A stretch of 64,000 nt of DNA from an uncultured bacterium (GTDB lineage Bacteria; Zixibacteria; MSB-5A5; JAABVY01; JAHJOQ01). The stretch lies in NCBI GenBank assembly GCA_965369655.1, contig CBDUQR010000007.1:17031-81030 (forward strand). The letters are read 5' to 3'. The translations under genes and the position numbers were made by a program. The stretch's first letter is position 1. Each line of letters starts with the position of its first letter. The notes under the pieces are model-generated. The model was not told the origin of the DNA. It searched no databases and worked only from the letters and a program-made list of their open reading frames with translations. Shown here piece after piece: positions 59,307 through 64,000 of the stretch.

Positions 59307-60263
59307 ATGGGGACTTGGAAGCATACGCGGCCGCTTCTGGTCGCGCTGATCATCGTGATAATTCTGTGCGCCTTCTCGACGCCTGCAAATGCACAGATCA
59401 ACTCCACCCGGCAGGCTGGAACATCTTCAGCGGCGTTTCTCAAAATTGGCGTTGGCGCTCGGGCAATGTCGATGGGTGGCGCTTTTGTAGCTGTGGCTGA
59501 CGATGCTACCGCAGGCTACTGGAACTCGGCAGGACTGGCGCAGCTCAGCAGTACCGAAGTCCTTTTTATGCACAGCAGTCTGTATCAGGATATCAATTTG
59601 GAGCATTTCTGTGTCGGATTCCCGGTCAGCAATTCTATCGTGCTGGGGATCGGTGCCACTTACCTCGATTATGGCTCATTCGAGGGATATGATCTGAATA
59701 ATCAGCCCTCCGGTTCCTACTCTGCGAACGCGATGGTACTCTCATCATCGGCTGGAATCGGTCTGACCGACCGGCTGAGCGTTGGAATTACCGGAAAAGT
59801 CCTCAGCGAGAAGCTGGACCGGGCTGTGGCCACCGGCTACGCGCTCGATCTTGGAGCGCTCTACACGACTGGTGCAGTCTCCCTCGGCATTCAGATGAGC
59901 AATATCGGTACAGGGCTGAAATACGAGACTGAACAATACCCACTGCCAACCTCGATCAGCGCAGGCATCGCGATGAGCCTGCTCGACAATCGACTTCGGA
60001 TAGCGACCGATCTGTCGAAGCCGAACGACAACGCCGTGTCGATCCATCAGGGTCTCGAATACTGCTATGAGAACACTATCTTCATGCGAACCGGCTACAG
60101 TCACAGGTTTGCTGATCTCGAAACATCTCAGTCGACCGGTATGGCTTTCGGCGCCGGAATCAGGCATTCTGCAGGCGAAATAGACTACTCTTACGTGCCG
60201 GACGACAAGTTCGGTGATATGCACCGCGTAGGCTTCAGACTCCGCTTCGGTGGAACAGATTGA
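59307..60263 (+). CDS. PorV/PorQ family outer-membrane protein
   Basis: AGTSSAAFLKIGVGARAMSMGGAFVAVADDATAGYWN.AGLA, D.G..Y, GLEY, DYSY...G..HR. Confidence 0.88.
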   Translation: MGTWKHTRPLLVALIIVIILCAFSTPANAQINSTRQAGTSSAAFLKIGVGARAMSMGGAFVAVADDATAGYWNSAGLAQLSSTEVLFMHSSLYQDINLEHFCVGFPVSNSIVLGIGATYLDYGSFEGYDLNNQPSGSYSANAMVLSSSAGIGLTDRLSVGITGKVLSEKLDRAVATGYALDLGALYTTGAVSLGIQMSNIGTGLKYETEQYPLPTSISAGIAMSLLDNRLRIATDLSKPNDNAVSIHQGLEYCYENTIFMRTGYSHRFADLETSQSTGMAFGAGIRHSAGEIDYSYVPDDKFGDMHRVGFRLRFGGTD

Positions 60264-60589
60264 CGATCGAGATCAACTCACTAATTCCCAAGCCTATTTA
60301 AGTACTGTTTAAGAACTTGCTTCGATCTACAGGCAGAGGCTCCGACATTACGCGATCATCTTTTGTGCAACTGTATGCATACAATCTGTCAACTTATGCA
60401 GGATAGTGTTACCCATTCAGGTATGTCCCCCTTAGCTTCTCCAGTGCTGGGTATGTGGCTGAGTCCCCGGTGGGGCGGACGGCATATTCTGTAAGCTAAT
60501 CAGCTACATCACAATAAGTTATTATTGAGGATAGTATCGATCCGCGATTCATGCGCACACACCCTGAAATATCCTGGAATGGCATCAAC

Positions 60590-60605
60590 TGGCAGTGCAT
60601 TTGCT
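60590..60605 (+). promoter_or_regulatory. Sigma54 (-24/-12) promoter
   Basis: TGGCAGTGCATTTGCT, GG and GC 12 nt apart, ~105 nt upstream of the sugar transferase. Confidence 0.65.
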
Positions 60606-60710
60606 TAATCCATTGCCAGGTTAGTACACGTATATCTGAGACGGCACGCAAGGGAGAACACAGCAGATATGTTGACTCATCACAGCGCCAATCATTCCAG
60701 GAAGGACGTG

Positions 60711-61628
60711 ATGAGTAAGAATTGCTTCCTGACCTACCGTCAGGGGCTGAGTCTGACCATTCCGGGATCATCTCAGACGACAGTAAAGTCCCCGTGGACG
60801 TATCGAGCGGATGGCATTCAGAGAGTTCGCAATGCCATTCTCGGCCTTGGCGCGTCTTTGGAATATGCCTTCAGAGACCTGATCCTCTCTAACGCTATTG
60901 TTCTGATCTTTTTTGTATACACAGCCACAGCCCTGAGATTTCGATCTGTGGCATCGACAGCGTGGCTTGGTTCAGCCGTAAAGAGGACCGTTGATGTTCT
61001 GAGTTCGTTCTTTGGCCTGGTCGCACTGATGCCGCTATTCTTGTTTGTCGCGATTGCCATCAAGCTTGACTCTGAAGGACCGGTATTTTTTGCGCAGTTG
61101 CGTGTAGGCAGAAACAGGCGGAGGGACGCGGAAGGCCGATCCGTACGAGTTGTATATAGAGGACGGGACAGGCGCAGGGAAGACACCTATGGTCAGCCGT
61201 TCTATGTCCTGAAATTCCGCAGCATGGTTCACCACGCCGAAAAGAGAAGCGGTCCGATCTGGGCCACGAAGAATGACCCGCGCGTTACGAAAGTCGGGGC
61301 TTTCCTTCGCAAGACCCGGATAGATGAGTTGCCGCAGCTTGTCAACGTCCTGCTCGGACATATGAGCCTCGTCGGTCCACGTCCGGAGCGGCCGGTTTTC
61401 GTCGAATCCCTCTCCAACGATATCGAGGAATATCGCGGCAGACTCAATGTCAAGCCCGGAATCACCGGCCTGGCGCAGGTAATCGGCGGATATGATACGT
61501 CCGTCTCAAGCGTTAGAACCAAAGTCAAACATGATCTGCATTACATACGACACTGGAGTCTTGTACAGGACTCGAAGATTTTGCTCAGAACTGTACTTGT
61601 TGTGATTACAGGAAAGGGCGCTTTTTAG
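60711..61628 (+). CDS. Sugar transferase (polyprenyl glycosylphosphotransferase, priming GT)
   Basis: [64 protein letters not shown]. Confidence 0.95.
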   Translation: MSKNCFLTYRQGLSLTIPGSSQTTVKSPWTYRADGIQRVRNAILGLGASLEYAFRDLILSNAIVLIFFVYTATALRFRSVASTAWLGSAVKRTVDVLSSFFGLVALMPLFLFVAIAIKLDSEGPVFFAQLRVGRNRRRDAEGRSVRVVYRGRDRRREDTYGQPFYVLKFRSMVHHAEKRSGPIWATKNDPRVTKVGAFLRKTRIDELPQLVNVLLGHMSLVGPRPERPVFVESLSNDIEEYRGRLNVKPGITGLAQVIGGYDTSVSSVRTKVKHDLHYIRHWSLVQDSKILLRTVLVVITGKGAF

Positions 61629-61650
61629 ACTTATTTCTGGTGCTGACGGG

Positions 61651-61686
61651 AGCCGGGTCATTCAATCGATCCGGCTTTCGTTTTTT
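61651..61686 (+). terminator. Rho-independent terminator
   Basis: AGCCGG..CCGGCT followed by a T-run. Confidence 0.65.
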
Positions 61687-61794
61687 GATCTGAGGCTGGC
61701 TGGCAGTATTTTTGTTGCATTGACTATCAACCAACTCTATATTTCGCCGAAAATCAATGTAGTGGTAAGAACAAGGAAGTTCCGGAGTGTCAGA

Positions 61795-62514
61795 ATGACG
61801 CAATATTTTCTTAGGGTAATTCTCATACTTGTGGCGCTCACGGCGACAGCTCTCGCCCAGGACGGCAATCTGACGGTCGAATCGAAGCCGTCCGGCACGA
61901 CTGTCGTGCTTGAAGGAGAATACGAACTCGCCGGCGTCACACCTGTGACTTTCAATCAGAACCTGTTTGGCAGGTACATGCTGACGGCGCGGCGCGGCGG
62001 ATACGAGGATTACTCTACGACTGTGGTCCTCGCGGGCAGCCAACCGACGACCATCACATTTGACATGGTACCGAAGACGCGCTGGAAAGCGGCAATAAGA
62101 TCGATTGCGCTGCCGGGATGGGGACAGATATATTCCGGGCAGAAATTGCGCGGCGGGCTGTATACGTTCGGCACGGTATTATCTCTTCTTGCATTTGCGG
62201 TTGCTGACGACGATTTCCGTGACAAGCGCAACAGCTATAACGACCTTCTCGATGAGTACAATAATTTGCGCAGTCTTGCCGAGATGCGAGGCATCAGGCC
62301 GAGACTCGACGACGCGCAGCAGGAGGCGTACGACGCGGAGTCGTTCAAGCAAGTGACAATCGGCGTGGTTGCCTTTATCTGGGTATTTAATGTTATCGAT
62401 GCGGCGCTGTTTTTCCCCGAGAGCGGTTATTCGGTCGGGGGACCGGCCTCGATATCGCTGAACACGGGCGAGGAATTCGATCGCCTGCAGTTGAATCTGG
62501 CAGTCAGGTTTTAG
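61795..62514 (+). CDS. PEGA-domain protein with DUF5683-like C-terminus
   Basis: LTVESKPSG..V...G.TP; AAIRSIALPGWGQIY; W.FNVIDA; upstream TTGCAT-N17-TATATT. Confidence 0.8.
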   Translation: MTQYFLRVILILVALTATALAQDGNLTVESKPSGTTVVLEGEYELAGVTPVTFNQNLFGRYMLTARRGGYEDYSTTVVLAGSQPTTITFDMVPKTRWKAAIRSIALPGWGQIYSGQKLRGGLYTFGTVLSLLAFAVADDDFRDKRNSYNDLLDEYNNLRSLAEMRGIRPRLDDAQQEAYDAESFKQVTIGVVAFIWVFNVIDAALFFPESGYSVGGPASISLNTGEEFDRLQLNLAVRF

Positions 62515-62523
62515 GTGGTGAAT

Positions 62524-64000
62524 ATGAGAAGAACATTCTTATGTGTAGTCGTTCTGCTGATGACAATCTCGGGTTGCTCGCGGGAGATCGACAAGGTTTC
62601 TGATTCGGACAGCCTGCCGATTGCGCCCGGTCCCGCAACCGATCTCTCAGTTGAGATTGGGGACAGGATGATCACGCTCAGATGGCAGAGCGTTGACGAT
62701 GCCGATATGTATCTGATCTATCGCTCCGATTCTAATGCATCGCATTTCGAGCTTCTCGATTCCTCAGAGACTTCGAGTTTCGCCGACCGGGGACTTCAGA
62801 ACGGCATCAGATTTTTCTACGAGGTCTCGTCTGTCGGACTCGATGGAATTGAGGGCGACAGGTCTCGCTCTGTTTCGGGAGTGCCGGGTCTTTTCTCGAT
62901 CCAGATATCCGGAGGCAGCGAATTCACGAACAATCGCGACGTGTCGATAATCTCGGTCTTCCCGAACGGGACATCGCACATCATGATCTCCAACACATCA
63001 GGCTTCTCGGGCGCTGTATGGGAGACCGCTTCGGAAGGTGTGACATGGGAGCTGCCTGATCAGGACGGGTCGCACACGGTCTATGCGAAATTCAAGATGC
63101 TGGACGGGAATGAATCGAGCGACTATGTCAGTGACGACATAACGCTCGACCGGGTCGCCGTCATCGAAAGTCTGGAGGCAGACGACGGCGGTTCGATACT
63201 GTCTGCGGGTGATGAAATCCATTTCCGAATGACAACGAACGAAGCTGGCGGTTTCGCACAGATAGAGTTTGCCGGACTCGGAGATTTCGAGCTGTTCGAC
63301 AATGGCTCATCCGGGGATCCTGTCGCCGATGACGGTATCTATGAACTCGATTTCGTAATTCCACCCGAACTGGAATTTGAAGACGGGGTGATCACCGGCA
63401 CGTTCCGCGACGCAGCCACGAACCAGGCCCCGGAGATTGTACTCGATCACACTATAAGCGTCAGGAATGCGCCTGAGCGCGTCACTCTGTTTCTTAATGG
63501 CGCTTTCGAGGATCGTATCGAGCTTGGATGGACACGCAGCAACGCTGCGGATTTTGCATCCTACAGGGTTTACCGCTCGAATACAGCCGTCGTCACCGAA
63601 AACTCGCATTTTGTGACCAAGCTGAATTCGGAATCACAAACTACCGTGACAGATACTTTTGTCACTCCGTCAGAAGAGTACTACTACATGGTTATCGTGA
63701 TGGACGTCACTGGCCTTATGTCCTACAGTAATATCCTGGGCGTGACCACTCCGGACAACGAACCGCCCGAGGATGTGGTTGTCGCATTCGAGAAAACCGA
63801 CTCGACGAGCTTCAGGTTGACATGGACCAGGAACAGAGATTCTGATTTCGAATCATACAGGATTTACCGATCGACCACTTCGGATGTGACAGACAACCCT
63901 GCCGACCTGCTGAACATAGTGAACTCTCAGTCTACGACATCCTTCTCAGGCGACGATGAAGGGGAGACTTATTTCTATCGCATCTATGTTTACGACCGAT
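62524..64000 (+). CDS. Fibronectin type III domain lipoprotein (partial, runs off the window)
   Basis: Own translation: MRRTFLCVVVLLMTISGC lipobox; LRW...YLIYRS...FADRGL.NG.RFFY.V; LFDNG..GD.VADDGIY; DFASYRVYR repeats; no stop seen. Confidence 0.85.
   Translation, partial: MRRTFLCVVVLLMTISGCSREIDKVSDSDSLPIAPGPATDLSVEIGDRMITLRWQSVDDADMYLIYRSDSNASHFELLDSSETSSFADRGLQNGIRFFYEVSSVGLDGIEGDRSRSVSGVPGLFSIQISGGSEFTNNRDVSIISVFPNGTSHIMISNTSGFSGAVWETASEGVTWELPDQDGSHTVYAKFKMLDGNESSDYVSDDITLDRVAVIESLEADDGGSILSAGDEIHFRMTTNEAGGFAQIEFAGLGDFELFDNGSSGDPVADDGIYELDFVIPPELEFEDGVITGTFRDAATNQAPEIVLDHTISVRNAPERVTLFLNGAFEDRIELGWTRSNAADFASYRVYRSNTAVVTENSHFVTKLNSESQTTVTDTFVTPSEEYYYMVIVMDVTGLMSYSNILGVTTPDNEPPEDVVVAFEKTDSTSFRLTWTRNRDSDFESYRIYRSTTSDVTDNPADLLNIVNSQSTTSFSGDDEGETYFYRIYVYDR

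Noticed and set aside
61701..61716. Second sigma54-like element TGGCAGTATTTTTGTT
   Set aside because: Lacks the -12 GC; an overlapping sigma70 promoter fits better

Overview
Bacterial chromosomal window, probably from an FCB-superphylum organism. Three secreted proteins carry the dockerin-like motif DIDDVVYLI.YIF.GGP.P, and the window also has T9SS-like C-terminal domains and a PorV-like gene; together these suggest candidate division Zixibacteria (inference). In order, the window holds: (1) the end of an exopolysaccharide locus (Wza-like tail, Wzz-type chain-length protein, TPR protein, BY-kinase, deacetylase, DUF362); (2) secreted proteins, including a 1,078-aa Cys-repeat/dockerin protein; (3) yebC-ruvC-ruvA and an S9 peptidase; (4) an AT-richer accessory block: porin-like gene, dockerin protein and DtxR-family regulator, with a tandem palindromic operator at the promoter; (5) rpsU-yqeY-cvpA, an inverted dnaG that looks leaderless, and housekeeping hydrolases; (6) an ~17.6-kb island ending at tRNA-Leu(CAA), with hypABFCDE, lysR, hdrC-hdrB, a 1,493-aa double-HdrA/GltD-like fusion, mvhD, a 68-aa orphan, mvhG, mvhA and a maturation protease, bounded by an IS3 relic and a serine-recombinase-like relic; (7) PBP1A, MscS, lipoproteins, tyrS, porV-like, a sigma54-type sugar transferase, a PEGA protein and a truncated FN3 lipoprotein. 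Intergenic regions hold a modular family of REP/MITE-like repeats. No CRISPR array or rRNA was seen. All calls come from motif recognition by eye; no searches were run.
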